Position numbers and translations under genes: made by a program
Notes under the pieces: generated by a model
The model's database searches: none
Seen by the model: the letters and a program-made list of their open reading frames with translations, nothing else
What the model was told of the DNA's origin: nothing
In this document: positions 18,575 to 30,010 of the stretch, piece by piece
Layout: each line of letters begins with the position of its first letter
How positions within the stretch are numbered: position 1 is the first letter of the stretch
Origin: an uncultured Gammaproteobacteria bacterium
GTDB taxonomy: Bacteria > Pseudomonadota > Gammaproteobacteria > Steroidobacterales > Steroidobacteraceae
DNA length: 64,000 nucleotides
Direction of reading: 5' to 3'
Assembly: GCA_963707235.1 (NCBI GenBank)
Contig: CAVPPC010000004.1
Span: 1,960,812-2,024,811, forward strand

Positions 18575-20403
18575 CTATGCTCCCGGATGGAGATGATCAT
18601 AAAGCGTCCGGGCCAGCGCTGTCCCGACTCCCTCAACCTGCGCCAGGTCGGCAATGGCGGCGCGCAGCACGCCTGGCAGGCCGCCGAAATGCACCAGCAG
18701 CGCGCGGCGCCGCGCCGGCCCCAGTCCCGGCACGGTTTCGAGTATGGATTCCTGGAAGCGCCGCGCGCGCCGCCGGCGATGCCCGGTGATCGCGAAGCGA
18801 TGCGCTTCATCGCGAACCCGCTGCAACAGGTGCAACACCGGGCTGTCGGGCGCCACGGTGATTGCCACGCTCTCGCCCGGCAAGTGCAACCGCTCCTGGC
18901 CGGGGCGCCGGTCAGCGCCTTTCGAAATGCCGAGCAGCGCCAGCCCCGTGCACTCGGCCCGCGCCAGCCCCTGCGTGGCCGCTTTGAGCTGGCCCGGCCC
19001 GCCATCGATCAGCAACAGGTCCGGACGCGGCAGGTCCCCGGCGACGATGCGCGCGCCATGCCGGGCCAGCGCCTGCTCGAGCGCCGCGTAGTCATCGCCC
19101 GCTTCCACGCCCTCGATGTTGTAACGGCGGTAGGCGCGCTTGATCGGACCGTCCGGGCCGAACACGACGCAGCCTGCGACGGTGCCCTCGCCGCCGGTGT
19201 GACTGATGTCGAAGCAATCTATGCGTTCAGGTGGCATCGGAAGTGCGACCAACGCTGCCAGTGAACTCAGCGCCTGCGCCACCGCATCGCGGCGGTTGGC
19301 GCGCATGCGCAGCGCCTCGCGCGCATTCTCCTCGGCCAGCTCCAGCCAGCGGCCTGGCAGGCCACGCGCGCCCTGCCGCAGCCGCACGGCGTGGCCCGCG
19401 ACGGCGAGCAGCGCCTCGGCGACCGATTTCTGATCAGGCAACTCCTGGTTGATGACGATTTCGGCCGGCACGGCCGAACGCGCGTAGTGCTGCAGCAGGA
19501 ATTCCGCCAGCGCGTCGGCAGGCTCACTCACAGCCGCGGGAAAGAAATTGGTCGTGCCCAGGCTCGCGCCTTCGCGCACCGTCAGCAGCGTGACGGCGTA
19601 CTGTCCGGGTTCGCCGGTCAGCGCGATCACGTCGATGTCGCGTGTGCGCGGCGCGTTGGCGATCTGCTGGGTCTGGAGTTCGGTCAGGCCCGCGAGCTGG
19701 TCGCGCAGCCGCGCCGCGGTCTCGAATTGCAACGCCGCCGAGGCCGCGGCCATGCGCGTCTCGAGTTCGGCGCGCAGGCCCGTAGCTGCCGCCCTCAAGC
19801 ACGCGCAGCGCGCCGTCGAGGTCTTTGCGATAGTCGTCCTTGCTGATGAAGTCCGACGCAGGGCGCCGAGCAGCGGCCGATCTGGTATTGCAGGCACGGC
19901 CGCGTGCGGTGCGCGAAGAAACCGTCCCTGCAGTTGCGGATCCGGAACACCTTCTGCAGCTGGTGCAGCACCTGCTTGACCACCTGCGGGTTCGGGAACG
20001 GACCGAACAGCTTGCCGGCCGGCCGGCGCAGGCCGCGCCAGAATTGCAGCCGCGGAAAATCATGGTCCGTCGGGCACAGCAGATAGGGAAAGGATTTGTC
20101 GTCGCGCAGGATGACGTTGTAGCGCGGCCGGTGCGCCTTGATCAGGTTGCATTCCAGCAGCAACGCGTCGGTCTCCGAGCCAACCACGGTCACTTCGACG
20201 CGCGTCACGCGCTTGAGCATCGCCGCGACCTTGGGCGACTGCGGCCGCGAACTGAAGTAGCTGCCGACGCGATCACGGAGGCGCGCGGCCTTGCCGACGT
20301 AGATCAGCTCGCCGCCTGCGTCGTACATGCGGTAGACGCCCGGCCGGAGAGGGAGCGACGCAACGAAGCGTTGCGCGTCAAATGCTGTGGCGGATCCGGA
20401 CAC
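18575..20403 (-). CDS. uvrC: Excinuclease ABC subunit C (at least 2 frame disruptions near 19800-19900)
   Basis: The N-terminal GIY-YIG domain is 'PGVYRMYDAGGELIYVGKAARLRDRVGSYF'. The middle piece 'ISKDDYRKDLDGALRVLEG' is in a third frame. The C-terminal part is 'IDCFDISHTGGEGTVAGCVVF...RDEAHRFAITGHR'. Confidence 0.9.
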
Positions 20404-21766
20404 TCACGTGCGCTGCTTGCTGCGCTCGGCAATCAGCATCGCCAGTTCCAGCGCCTGCTCGTAGTTCAGGCGCGGATCGACCTGCGAGCGGTAGGCCCGT
20501 TGCAGATCGGCGTCGGTGAGGCCGCGGGCGCCGCCCGTGCACTCGGTGACGTCTTCGCCGGTGAGCTCGATGTGCGCGCCGCCGAGGTGCGAGCCGAGCT
20601 CGCGGTGAATCCGGAACGAGACATCGAGTTCCTTGAGGATATTCTCGAAGCGCCGCGTCTTGACGCCGCCGGCCGTGGTCTCGGTATTGCCGTGCATCGG
20701 ATCGCAGCACCACAGCACGGTCTGAGCCGGTGCGCCGCACGGCCTCGATGACGCGCGGCAGGTGCTGCTCGATTTCCTTGACGCCGAAGCGGTGAATCAG
20801 CGTCAGCCGGCCGGGCTGGTTGTGCGGATTGAGCACCGCGACCAGTTCCTGCAGCCACTCATCGCTCATCGCCGCGCCGACCTTCACGCCGATCGGATTG
20901 GCGATGCCGCGGAAATATTCCACGTGCGCGCCGTCGAGCTGCGCCGTGCGCATGCCGATCCACGGCATGTGCGTGGAGAGGTTGTACCAGCGCTGCTGGC
21001 GCGGGATGAAGCGCGTCTGCGCCTGCTCGTACAGCAGGTGCAGGCCCTCGTGGCTGGCAGAAGAACTCGACGCGGGTCGCATCGCCCGACCTGCTGGCCG
21101 GTCAGCGATTCGAAGAAATCCAGCGCATCGCCGATCGAGTCGACGATGCGCTGGTAGGCCTCGCGCAGCGGCGCGTGGCGCACGAAGCCCAGATCCCAGT
21201 ACTCCGGGGTGGTGCAGGTCGGCGAAGCCGCCATCGACCAGCGCGCGCACGAAGTTCAGCGTCAGCGCCGCGCGCTCGTAGCCGCGCAGCAGCAGCTGCG
21301 GATCGGGCGCGGCGCGCCTCGGCGGTGAATTCCGGACGATTGACCAGGTCGCCGCGATAGCGCGGGCAGCGTGACGCCGTCGCGCGTCTCGGTGTCGGCC
21401 GAGCGCGGCTTGGCGTACTGGCCGGCGAAGCGCCCCACGCGCACGATCGGCCGCTTCATGGCCTGCAGCAGCACCAGGCTCATCTGCAGCAGCACCTTCA
21501 GCTGCTTGGCGATGCGGTCGGATTCGCAGTCGGCAAAGCTCTCGGCGCAATCGCCGCCCTGCAGCAGGAAGGCCTCGCCGCGCTGCGCGCGCGGCCAGGC
21601 GCTCGCGCAGATTGTCGACCTCCCAGGACACCACGATCGGCGGCAGGCGCGACAGATCGGCGACGGCGCGCTCCGAGCTCGGCGCGTCGTCGTAGCTCGG
21701 CTGCTGCTGCGCCTTGCGCGACTGCCAGCTGGCCGGGTGCCAGGATGTGGTATCGGTCGATCTCAT
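20404..21766 (-). CDS. Class II 3-deoxy-7-phosphoheptulonate (DAHP) synthase (multiple frame disruptions)
   Basis: Pieces are '[19 protein letters not shown]...[18 protein letters not shown]', '[19 protein letters not shown]', '[37 protein letters not shown]' and '[10 protein letters not shown]...[15 protein letters not shown]'. Confidence 0.85.
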
Positions 21767-21775
21767 CCGCAGATG

Positions 21776-23166
21776 TTAACACGTCCGGCTCCAGCGCCGG
21801 CCGGGCAGCGTCACTTCCAGCGGCGCCGCCTCAGCGCGGCGGATTCGCCGATCAGCCAGCGCGCCGCCGTACAGCGCCACCGTGTCGGCCACCATCGCCA
21901 GTCCCAGTCCGTGGCCGCTGGCGCGCTCGTCGGCGCGCACGCCACGTCCCAGCACGCGCGCGCGATCTTCCGGGGCGATGCCCGGGCCGTCATCCTCGAC
22001 GCGGATCGCAGCCGTTGCGCCATGTGCCGCGCGCGCGTCGCAGCCGCACCTCGTACGCGCACCCTGCCGCGGCACCACTTGCAGGCGTTGTCGAGCAGGT
22101 TGCCCAGCAGCTCGGTGATGTCGCCGCCGTCGCCGACGAAACCCGCGTCGGCCGCGACGTCCGCATCGATGCACAGGTCCTTGCCGGAGTGCACCTTGAG
22201 CAGCGCCACGCGCAGGTCGGCCACGAGCGGCGCCACTGGCACGCGTCTGCTGCCCCAGCGTCACGCCGCCGCTGGTCGCCGCGCGCTTGCAGCTGATGAT
22301 CGACAATCTGCGCGATGCGGTCGATCTCGTGATCGAGCGTGGCGTGTTGCGCGCCGCCGCCCGCGACAGCGCCTGCGCGCATCACGGCCAGCGGCGTCTT
22401 GAGGCTGTGCGCGAGGTTGCCGAGCGTGTCGCGGTAGCGCGCGATGCGCGCGCGCTCGGAGCGCAGCAGCGCGTTGAGCGTGCGCGCCACGCCGGCGAGC
22501 TCGCGCGGAAAGCCTGTCGCCGAGCTGTGCGCGCCGGCCGCCGTCGACCTCGGCGATCTCCCGCTCCAGCCGCCGCACCGGCCGCAGCACGCGCCGCAGC
22601 AGCCCGCCCAGCACTGCCAGCAGCAACAGCGCCAGCGCAGCAAACCAGGCCACCAGCTGGCGGCGGAACTGCTGCAGCTGCGCATTCTGCTCGGTGAGAT
22701 CCTCGGCCACGCTGAATACCAGGTTGGCCGTGTTGCCGGGCGCGTAGTCCCACTCCAGCCCGCGGTTGAGAATGGCGAGCTCGGTGCCGTCGGCAAGCCT
22801 CGCGCGGAGAAAAAACGACCGGCCGGTCGCTACCGGCGCGCCGAAATCGACCGCCACGCCCTCGATCGAGGGCGAGCTCCACAGTACCCGGCCGCGCGCG
22901 TTGCGTACCGCAGCGTACTGGCCCGAACGCGGGCGGCTGAGGCGCGATTCGGAATCGGCCATGCGCACATCGAAGCGACCGGAGTCGGTCAACTCGGCGG
23001 CACTGACCAACGATATCACCTCCTGGTCGAGTCGCTCGCGCAGCGCCTGCCAGGCCGATTCGCTGAATATGCGGTCGAGCACGAACACCGTCAACGCGAA
23101 CGACAGTACCAGCGGCACGGCCACGGCGAACACGAGCTGCCGGCTGACCGAAGGCGTGCGGGCCAT
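21776..23166 (-). CDS. phoQ: Two-component sensor histidine kinase (PhoQ-like; several frame disruptions)
   Basis: The N-terminal TM + periplasmic domain is ORF 22261-23166. The H-box is 'GNLAHSLKTPLAV', the N-box 'LLGNLLDNACKW' and the G-boxes 'RVEDDGPGI...GHGLGLAMV', each in a different frame. Confidence 0.75.
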
Positions 23167-23175
23167 GTTGCGGCG

Positions 23176-23867
23176 CTACTCGCCGGCGGCGGTGCGCGCC
23201 AGCGTGATGCGATAGCCGCGCCCGCGCAGCGTCTCGATCGGCTTGATCTGCTCGTCGGGATCGAGCTTGCGGCGGAGCCGGGCGATCAGCACTTCGATCA
23301 CATTGCTGTCGCGCTCGAAATCCTGCTCGTAGAGTTTCTCGGTCAGCTCGGTCTTCGAGATCACCTCGCCCGCATGCAGCATCAGGTGTTCGAGCAACCG
23401 GTATTCGAAGCTGGTCAGTTCGACCGCGGCGCCGTGCACCGCCACGGTCTGCGCGCGCGTGTCGAGCACCACCGGGCCGCACTGCAGGAGCGGCGTCGTC
23501 CAGCCGCTCGGCGCGGCGCAGCAGCGCTGCCAGCCGCGCCTGCAGCTCCGCGAAAATGGAACGGCTTGGCGACGTAGTCGTCGGCGCCGGCGCTCAGCCC
23601 TTCGACCTTGTCCTGCCAGCGATCGCGCGCCGTGAGCACCAGCACGCCAAAGCTCTTGCCCGCGGCGCGCAGGCGGCGGATGAGTTCGAGGCCGGAGAGC
23701 TTCGGCAGTCCCAGGTCGATGATCGCCACGTCGATGGGATATTCGAGGCCCGCGTACAGGCCCTCTTCGCCATCGGCTGCCGCGTCGACCGCATGGCCGG
23801 CGGCGGTCAGGTCGTGCTTGAGCGATTCGCGCAGCGCGGTTTCGTCCTCGACGACCAGGATGCGCAC
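23176..23867 (-). CDS. phoP: OmpR-family response regulator (PhoP-like); two single-base insertions
   Basis: The receiver domain is 'MRILVVEDE...VAIIDLGLPKLSGLELI...VLVLTARDRWQDKVEGLSAGADDYVAKPFHF'. The winged helix is 'LTSFEYRLLEHLMLHAGEVISKTEL...IETLRGRGYRI'. Removing one base from the A4 run at 23552-23555 and one G at 23487-23488 joins them through 'AELQARLAALLRRAERLDDAALQCGPVVLD'. Confidence 0.85.
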
Positions 23868-23873
23868 TAGGGC

Positions 23874-24183
23874 CTAACCCCCCGACAGGACTTGCCCGGA
23901 AGCGGCGTCAACCACGATGTTGAACACGCGTTGCTCGGACAGCAGCCGCAGCTCGAGCGCAGCGCGTCCATTGACGGTGGTCTCCGACACGCGCACCACG
24001 CGCGCCTTGTAACGCTTCTGAATCGCGTCGATGATGCGGTCGCGGCTCGAGCTGTCGCCACCGGCAAAGGTCCGCGCCGGCGGCGTATCATCGAAGGCAG
24101 CCAGCGCGGGGGCGGCCGCCACGGCACCGCAAGCCAGCGCCAGCGCGATCAAGCCGATATGGAATCCGCCGCCCTGCCCTCAT
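23874..24183 (-). CDS. PepSY domain-containing exported protein upstream of phoPQ
   Basis: 'RIIDAIQKRYKARVVRVSETTVNGRAALELRLLSEQRVFNIVVDAASGQVL' is PepSY-like. The uninterrupted ORF starts at TTG 24152. A better start (ATG 24183, 'MRAGRR...') is one frame off, implying another indel. Confidence 0.6.
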
Positions 24184-24193
24184 GGTCACTCCT

Positions 24194-24230
24194 GAAAAGG
24201 CCGCCGCTCGCAGTGGACGCGAGCGGCGGC
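24194..24230 (-). terminator. Rho-independent terminator after the glycine-zipper gene
   Basis: On the minus strand: GCCGCCGCTCGC-gtccact-GCGAGCGGCGGC followed by CTTTTC. This is a 12-bp perfect GC stem plus a T-tract. Confidence 0.6.
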
Positions 24231-24242
24231 GCAGACATCTTA

Positions 24243-24846
24243 TTATCCCTCGGGGCTTACCGTCACGCGCACTCGCAGGCGCTCGCCTGGATCATAGGGG
24301 AGGACGGTCTGGTAATCGCGGCCGTTGTACCGATAGTTCACCCGGTAGCCGTCGATGCGCTGTTCGACGCTGTCGTCATAGCGCGTGACGCAGCGCTCGC
24401 GCTCAACCGGACGGCCACCGCGGTCATCGTAGTCACCGTAGTCGGGACCCCCGGCGCTGCGCTGCGCAGCATCATGGCCGATCGCGCCGCCGATGACCGC
24501 GCCCGCCACGGTACCCACGTCACGCCCGGACCCACGCCCGATCTGGTGACCCACCACCGCGCCGATCAGCCCGCCGAGGATCGTGCCGCCGGCGGTCGAG
24601 CGGTCGCGTCCATAAGCACGCTGATCCGGCACGTAGCGCGTCTCGGAGTAGCATTCCTGGCGCGGCACGCTGGTGCGCACCTGGCGGTAGCGCGGTTCGA
24701 CATTCGTGACGCGCGCGTAGTCGTAGCCATAACCGGCCGGGTCCTGCGGGGCGATCGTCCTGCCAGCCGTAACCCGGATCAGCCATGGCCGGCGCAACCA
24801 GCACCAGCGTGGTGGCCAGGGCGGGAATCATTGCCTTGCTGAACAT
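24243..24846 (-). CDS. Glycine-zipper (17-kDa surface antigen-like) outer-membrane protein (one frame disruption near 24790)
   Basis: The signal peptide 'MFSKAMIPALATTLVLVAPAMA' is in a second frame. The glycine zipper is 'GGTILGGLIGAVVGHQIGRGSGRDVGTVAGAVIGGAIG'. Confidence 0.65.
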
Positions 24847-24938
24847 AAGTGGCTCCTTTCTAACGCGCATGGGCGATTTCTGCCCATGGGTCGGAATGGT
24901 AGCGATCGCCGCCTGAACCACCCCTGAACCCGTCCCCG

Positions 24939-25727
24939 CTATTCGGCCGCCTTGACGCTGACCCAGAGTTCCTCCCAACGAGCGGCGTCCAGGTCGGCCA
25001 CGACCCAGCCGCGTTCGGCCATCAGCGCTTCCATGGCGGCGAAGCGCCGTTCGAACTTGCGATTGGCAGCGCGCAGCGCGTTTTCCGGGTCGACGTTCAG
25101 CAGGCGCGCCCAGTTGGCCACCGCGAACAGGGTGTCGCCAAGCTCCTCTTCTATGGCCGCGGCGTCACCGGCACTCACCGCCTGCTCGGTTTCCCGCAAC
25201 TCTTCGGCGATCTTCGGACGCACTGCGTGTTCATCGAACCAGTCGAAGCCGACCGCGCCGGCGCGGCGCGCAAGCTTGGCGGCGCGGCTCAGTGCCGGCA
25301 ACGCCTGGGCCACGCCCGCCAGCGCGCCGTTCGCACCGGCGGCAGCCCGCTCATCAGCCTTGGCCTGGTCCCAGGCGCGCGCCAGATCGGTGGCGGCCTC
25401 TGGCGCGGCATCGCCGAACACGTGCGGATGGCGGCGCACCAGCTTGGCATGCACGCCAGCGGCCACATCGGCAAAATCGAACCAGCCACGTTCGCTCGCC
25501 AGCTGCGAGTGAAACACGACTTGAAACAGCAGATCGCCGAGCTCGTCGCGGATCCGGCTGGACTCGCCGCCGGCAATCGCGTCCGCGAGTTCGTAGGCCT
25601 CTTCGATCGTGTGTGGCGCAATCGTGGCGAAACTCTGCTCACGGTCCCAGGGGCAGCCGCGCTGCGGATCGCGCAGCCGCTGCATCAGTTGCAGCAGCGC
25701 CTCCAGGCTCGAAACCGCAGCACTCAT
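24939..25727 (-). CDS. mazG: Nucleoside triphosphate pyrophosphohydrolase MazG
   Basis: 'LLQLMQRLRDPQRGCPWDREQSFATIAPHTIEEAYELADAI' and the second MazG repeat 'IEEELGDTLFAVANWARLLNVDPE'. The ORF is intact. Confidence 0.9.
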   Translation of the reverse strand: MSAAVSSLEALLQLMQRLRDPQRGCPWDREQSFATIAPHTIEEAYELADAIAGGESSRIRDELGDLLFQVVFHSQLASERGWFDFADVAAGVHAKLVRRHPHVFGDAAPEAATDLARAWDQAKADERAAAGANGALAGVAQALPALSRAAKLARRAGAVGFDWFDEHAVRPKIAEELRETEQAVSAGDAAAIEEELGDTLFAVANWARLLNVDPENALRAANRKFERRFAAMEALMAERGWVVADLDAARWEELWVSVKAAE

Positions 25728-26375
25728 GACCCGGCCGCCTGCAATGCCCGATGCAGCACCAGCAGCATGCCGGCGGTCGCACCCCAGATCACGCGGCCCT
25801 GATAGTTCACATCCAGCAGCGTCACTTCGACACCGCGCAGCTCGCGGCGCACCGGCACGAAATTATTCCTGTCGACCAGGATCTCCAGCGGCATCTCGAA
25901 CACCTCCGCCACTTCCGAATCGTCGATCTGCAGAGCGAACTCCGGCCGCAGCAGCGCCACGACCGGCGTGATGCGAAAGCCCGTCAGTACGATCTGGTCG
26001 GGCAGGAAACCGAGCGGCTCGATGAACCGGTTGTCGACACCGATCTCCTCGCGCGTTTCGCGCAGCGCTGCTGCCACCACGTGCGGATCATCGGCCTCGA
26101 TGACGCCGCCCGGGAAACTGATCTGGCCGGCATGGTGCCGCAGGTGTCCGGCGCGAGCCGTGAGCAGCAATGACGGCGAGCGCGGCCGATCGACGATCGG
26201 CACCAGCACCGCGGCGGCGCGCGGCGCCTGCGGCATGGCAGCGCGCGCCACATCGGCGGCCGGCGGCCTCCGCCAGCGGCCGCCCGGCCAGTTGCCATTG
26301 GGCCGGATCGTGATCGGGTGTGGTGAGCAGCCCGCGGCGCAGGCGCGCCAGCCAGTCTGCAGGCAATGAGCTCAC
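25724..26375 (-). CDS. CoA pyrophosphatase-type NUDIX hydrolase (one frame disruption near 26240)
   Basis: Nudix box 'GQISFPGGVIEADDPHVVAAALRETREEIGV'. The N-terminus 'MSSLPADWLARLRRGLL' is in a second frame. The gene overlaps the mazG start. Confidence 0.75.
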
Positions 26376-26391
26376 GCGCTGACGAGCCGCA

Positions 26392-27796
26392 CTATCCGCC
26401 GCCGCCGCTACCGCCCTTGATGCCGCCCTTGGCGAGCTCGGCGGGATCCAGCAGCTTGGCGAGCTCCGCGGGTTTCAGATCGGTCATTGCGGCGGCGACC
26501 TCGCGGATCGGCTTGCCCTCGGCATAGGCGCGCTTGGCGATCGCCGCGCCCTTTTCGTAACCGATGACCGGATTGAGCGCCGTGACCAGGATCGGATTGC
26601 GCTCGAGCGCTTCGGCGACGCGCGCACGATTCACGCTGAAGCCCGCGATTGCATCGTCAGCCAGCAGGCGCACCACATTGGCGAGCAGGCGCACGCTCTC
26701 GAGCAGATTCCATGCGATCAGCGGCAACATGACATTGAGCTGGAAATTACCCGACTGGCCGGCCACCGTGATGGCGGCATCGTTGCCGATCACTTCCGCG
26801 GCCACCATGGTCGCCGCCTCCGGAATCACCGGATTCACCTTGCCGGGCATGATGCTGCTGCCCGGCTGCAGCGCGGGCAGCGCGATCTCGCCCAGGCCCG
26901 CGAGCGGGCCGCTGTTCATCCAGCGCAGGTCGTTGGCGATCTTCATCACGCTGACGGCGACGACCTTCAGTTGTCCAGACAACTCCACCGCGGCGTCCTG
27001 CGCCGACAGCGACTCGAAGTAATTGCGATTCGGCTGGAAAGCGATGCCCGTGAGCTTCGCCAGCGCGCGGCAGAACGCCGCGCCGAAGCGCGGATCGGCA
27101 TTGATGCCCGTGCCCACCGCCGTGCCGCCCTGCGCCAGGCACAGCAATCGCGGCTCGACGGCGCGCACGCGCGCCGCGCCATTCTCGATCTGCGTGCGCC
27201 AGCCCGACAGTTCCTGCGCGAGCGTCACCGGCATCGCGTCCATCAGGTGCGTGCGGCCCGTCTTGACGATACCGGCGGTCTCCGCCTCGCGGCCGCGCGA
27301 TAACCGCGCCGAGATGCTCGAGCGCCGGCAGCAAGGCCTCGCGCGTCAACAGCGCGGCGCCGACATGAATGGCGGTCGGGATCGCATCGTTGCTGCTCTG
27401 CCCCATGTTGACGTGATCGTTCGGATGCACGCCCGGCACGCTGCGCGATGCGAGGCGCGCGATCACCTCGTTGGCGTTCATGTTGCTGCTGGTGCCCGAA
27501 CCGGTCTGGAACACATCGATCGGGAATTGCGCATCATGTGCGCCGCCCGCCACGTCCGCGGCGGCTGCGCTGATGGCCGCGGCCAGGTGCGGCTCCAGCA
27601 GACCCAGCTCCGCGTTGGCCTGCGCCGCCGCCTGTTTGATCAGCGCCAGTGCGCGGATGAAAGCGCGCGGCAGCGTGCGGCCGCTGATCGGGAAATTATT
27701 GACCGCGCGCTGCGTCTGGGCGCCCCAGAGCGCATCGGAGGGCACCTTGAGTTCGCCCATGCTGTCGCGTTCCAGCCTGAAATCCTTCGAACTCAT
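26392..27796 (-). CDS. fumC: Class II fumarate hydratase (frame disruption near 27250)
   Basis: '[33 protein letters not shown]...[18 protein letters not shown]...[11 protein letters not shown]' and the C-terminal '[15 protein letters not shown]'. Confidence 0.9.
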
Positions 27797-27870
27797 GACA
27801 CCCCCGAAGCTCCGGTGATCCGCTAAAACGCGCTACAATGCGGATTCTAACCTCGCGCGTAGCCTGCTGC

Positions 27871-29245
27871 ATGGACCAAACCCGCCTGCTGGCCATTTCA
27901 CCTGTTGACGGGCGCTACGCTGCCGCCGCCGAACCGCTCCGGACGCTGTTCGGTGAGGCCGGCCTGATCCGCGAACGGATCCGCGTCGAAGCACTGTGGC
28001 TGCTGGAACTCGCCGCCGCGGTACCGCAACTGGCGGGCGCGAAGTTGCCGCCGGCCGTCGTGGCGCGCGCAACCGCGCTGGCGCAGGATCCCGGCCCGCA
28101 GGCTCCAGCCGCGGTCAAGGAAATCGAAGCGCGCATCAAGCACGACGTCAAGGCGGTCGAGTATTTCGTGCGCCAGGAACTGGGCGTTGCCGGCGCCGCA
28201 CCGGCGACGCTCGAGCTGGTGCATTTTGGCTGCACCTCCGAGGACATCAATAACCTTGCGTATGCGCGGCTGCTCAACCAGGCGCGCGCGCAGGTGCTGA
28301 TGCCCGAGCTGACGCAGATCATCGGCGCGCTGCGCGCCTTTGCACGCGAACATGCGCGCGTAGCGATGCTGTCGCGCACGCACGGGCAGAGCGCGAGCCC
28401 GACCACGCTCGGCAAGGAGTACGCCAATTTCGCAGCGCGGCTGCAGCGCGCGCAGGCGCGGCTGGGCGCGGTTTCGATACTGGGCAAGTGGAATGGCGCG
28501 GTCGGCAACTACAACGCGCAGGTCGCGGCAGTGCCCGGCGCCGACTGGCGCGCGATCAGCGCCCGCTTCGTCAGTGGCCAACAGCTCGCGTGGAACGCCT
28601 ACACGACGCAGATCGAACCGCATGACTGGATCGGTGAATACGCCGACGCCTGTGCGGCGATCAATGTCATCGTCCTGGACCTGTGCCGCGACACCTGGGG
28701 ATACATCTCGCTTGGCTATTTGCGGCAGCGTGCCATCGCCGGCGAAGTCGGCTCCTCGACGATGCCCCACAAGATCAATCCGATCGATTTCGAGAATGCC
28801 GAAGGCAATCTCGGCGTCGCCAACGCGCTGTGGCGGCACTTTGCCGATAAGCTGCCGGTGTCGCGCTGGCAACGCGACCTCAGCGACTCCACCGTGTTGC
28901 GCAATGCCGGCGTCGCGCACGCCCACACGCTGATCGCCTGGCGTGCGCTGCAGGCGGGCTTCGGCAAACTGAGCGCCGACGCCGAGCGCTGTGGAAGCGA
29001 TCTCGCGCAGGCCTGGGAAGTGCTCGGCGAAGCGCATCCAGACCGTGTTGCGCGCGCACGGCGTGCCCGACGGCTACGAGTTGCTGAAAAATTTCACGCG
29101 CGGCGCGGCGATCGATGAATCCGCATTGCGTGCCTTCGTCGCCACGTTGCCATTGCCGCCGGAAGCACGCACCCGCCTGGCCGCGCTCCGGCCCACCGAC
29201 TACCTCGGCCTGGCCGCCGAGCTGGCGCTCGCCCTGCCCGAATAG
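27871..29245 (+). CDS. purB: Adenylosuccinate lyase (frame disruption near 29030)
   Basis: 'LLAISPVDGRYAAAAEPLRTLFGEAGLIRERIRVEALWLLEL', 'HFGCTSEDINNLAYA' and 'GSSTMPHKINPIDFENAEGNLG'. The C-terminus is in ORF 28991-29245. Confidence 0.9.
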
Positions 29246-29375
29246 GGGCCCTGCCCGGCCGAACTGTGGCCTCCGTCACATTGCTCACGCCGCGGAGCGT
29301 GATCGGATCGGCTCGCGCCGGAGCGGCTGCTCCATACCATGCCTAAGCCAATCGCAGTGAATTAAGGCAAAAGGC

Positions 29376-29966
29376 GTGCCCAAGTCCGACAAGCAGCGCT
29401 CGACTACCGAGGCGTGGCTCGAAAGCCTCGCCGCTGCAGAGCGTCCGGCCCAGCCGGTGATCCTGGCCATGCCGATGCCGGCGGCGGACGAACTGCAGGT
29501 GCTCACCAACATCGGCGACGTGCGCCAGACCACCGCCGCGGTGATCGCCACCGGGCAACGGCTGATCTCGATCTTCACGCCGGATCTCGAACCGCAGCTC
29601 TACGATGACCCGAAGGTCATCGAAGTCATCAAGCGTTTCGTGCTCAGCCACAGTTTCGCGAAAGTGCGCGTGCTGTTGCGTGATCACACGCGGCACACCG
29701 GTTCGGGGAGCCGCTTCATGTCGATGGCGCGGCGCCTCACCAGTTATCTCGAGCTGCGCATTCTGGTGCCGCAGTTTCACCACCTGACTGCCTCGTATTG
29801 CATCTCGGACGATCGCGGCATCGTCTACCGCATGCGCTCCGATCGTTGGGACGGCATCGCCGCCGTGAACAGCCCGCCGGTCGCGCGCCAGTACCTGCAG
29901 GAATTCGACGCCGCCTGGCTGGCCAGCCACGATCAGCACCATCGCCGCGCGGCGCGCATGCAATAG
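29376..29966 (+). CDS. Conserved-looking hypothetical protein (196 aa)
   Basis: Intact ORF with balanced composition ('RLISIFTPDLEPQLYDDPKVIEVIKRFVLSHSFAKVRVLLRD...'). I recognise no family. Confidence 0.5.
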   Translation: MPKSDKQRSTTEAWLESLAAAERPAQPVILAMPMPAADELQVLTNIGDVRQTTAAVIATGQRLISIFTPDLEPQLYDDPKVIEVIKRFVLSHSFAKVRVLLRDHTRHTGSGSRFMSMARRLTSYLELRILVPQFHHLTASYCISDDRGIVYRMRSDRWDGIAAVNSPPVARQYLQEFDAAWLASHDQHHRRAARMQ

Positions 29967-30010
29967 CGGTCAGGCCGCGCCTCCCCGCGCGTGCCCGTAT
30001 ACTCGTCCTC

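Noticed and set aside
16478-19264. 928-aa ORF on the plus strand
   Set aside because: It runs antisense through the HDOD, pgsA and uvrC genes. It is Arg-rich junk and a GC-skewed frame artefact.
24868-24900. Hairpin CATGGGC-N7-GCCCATG downstream of mazG as a terminator
   Set aside because: The stem is only 7 bp and no T-tract follows on the minus strand.
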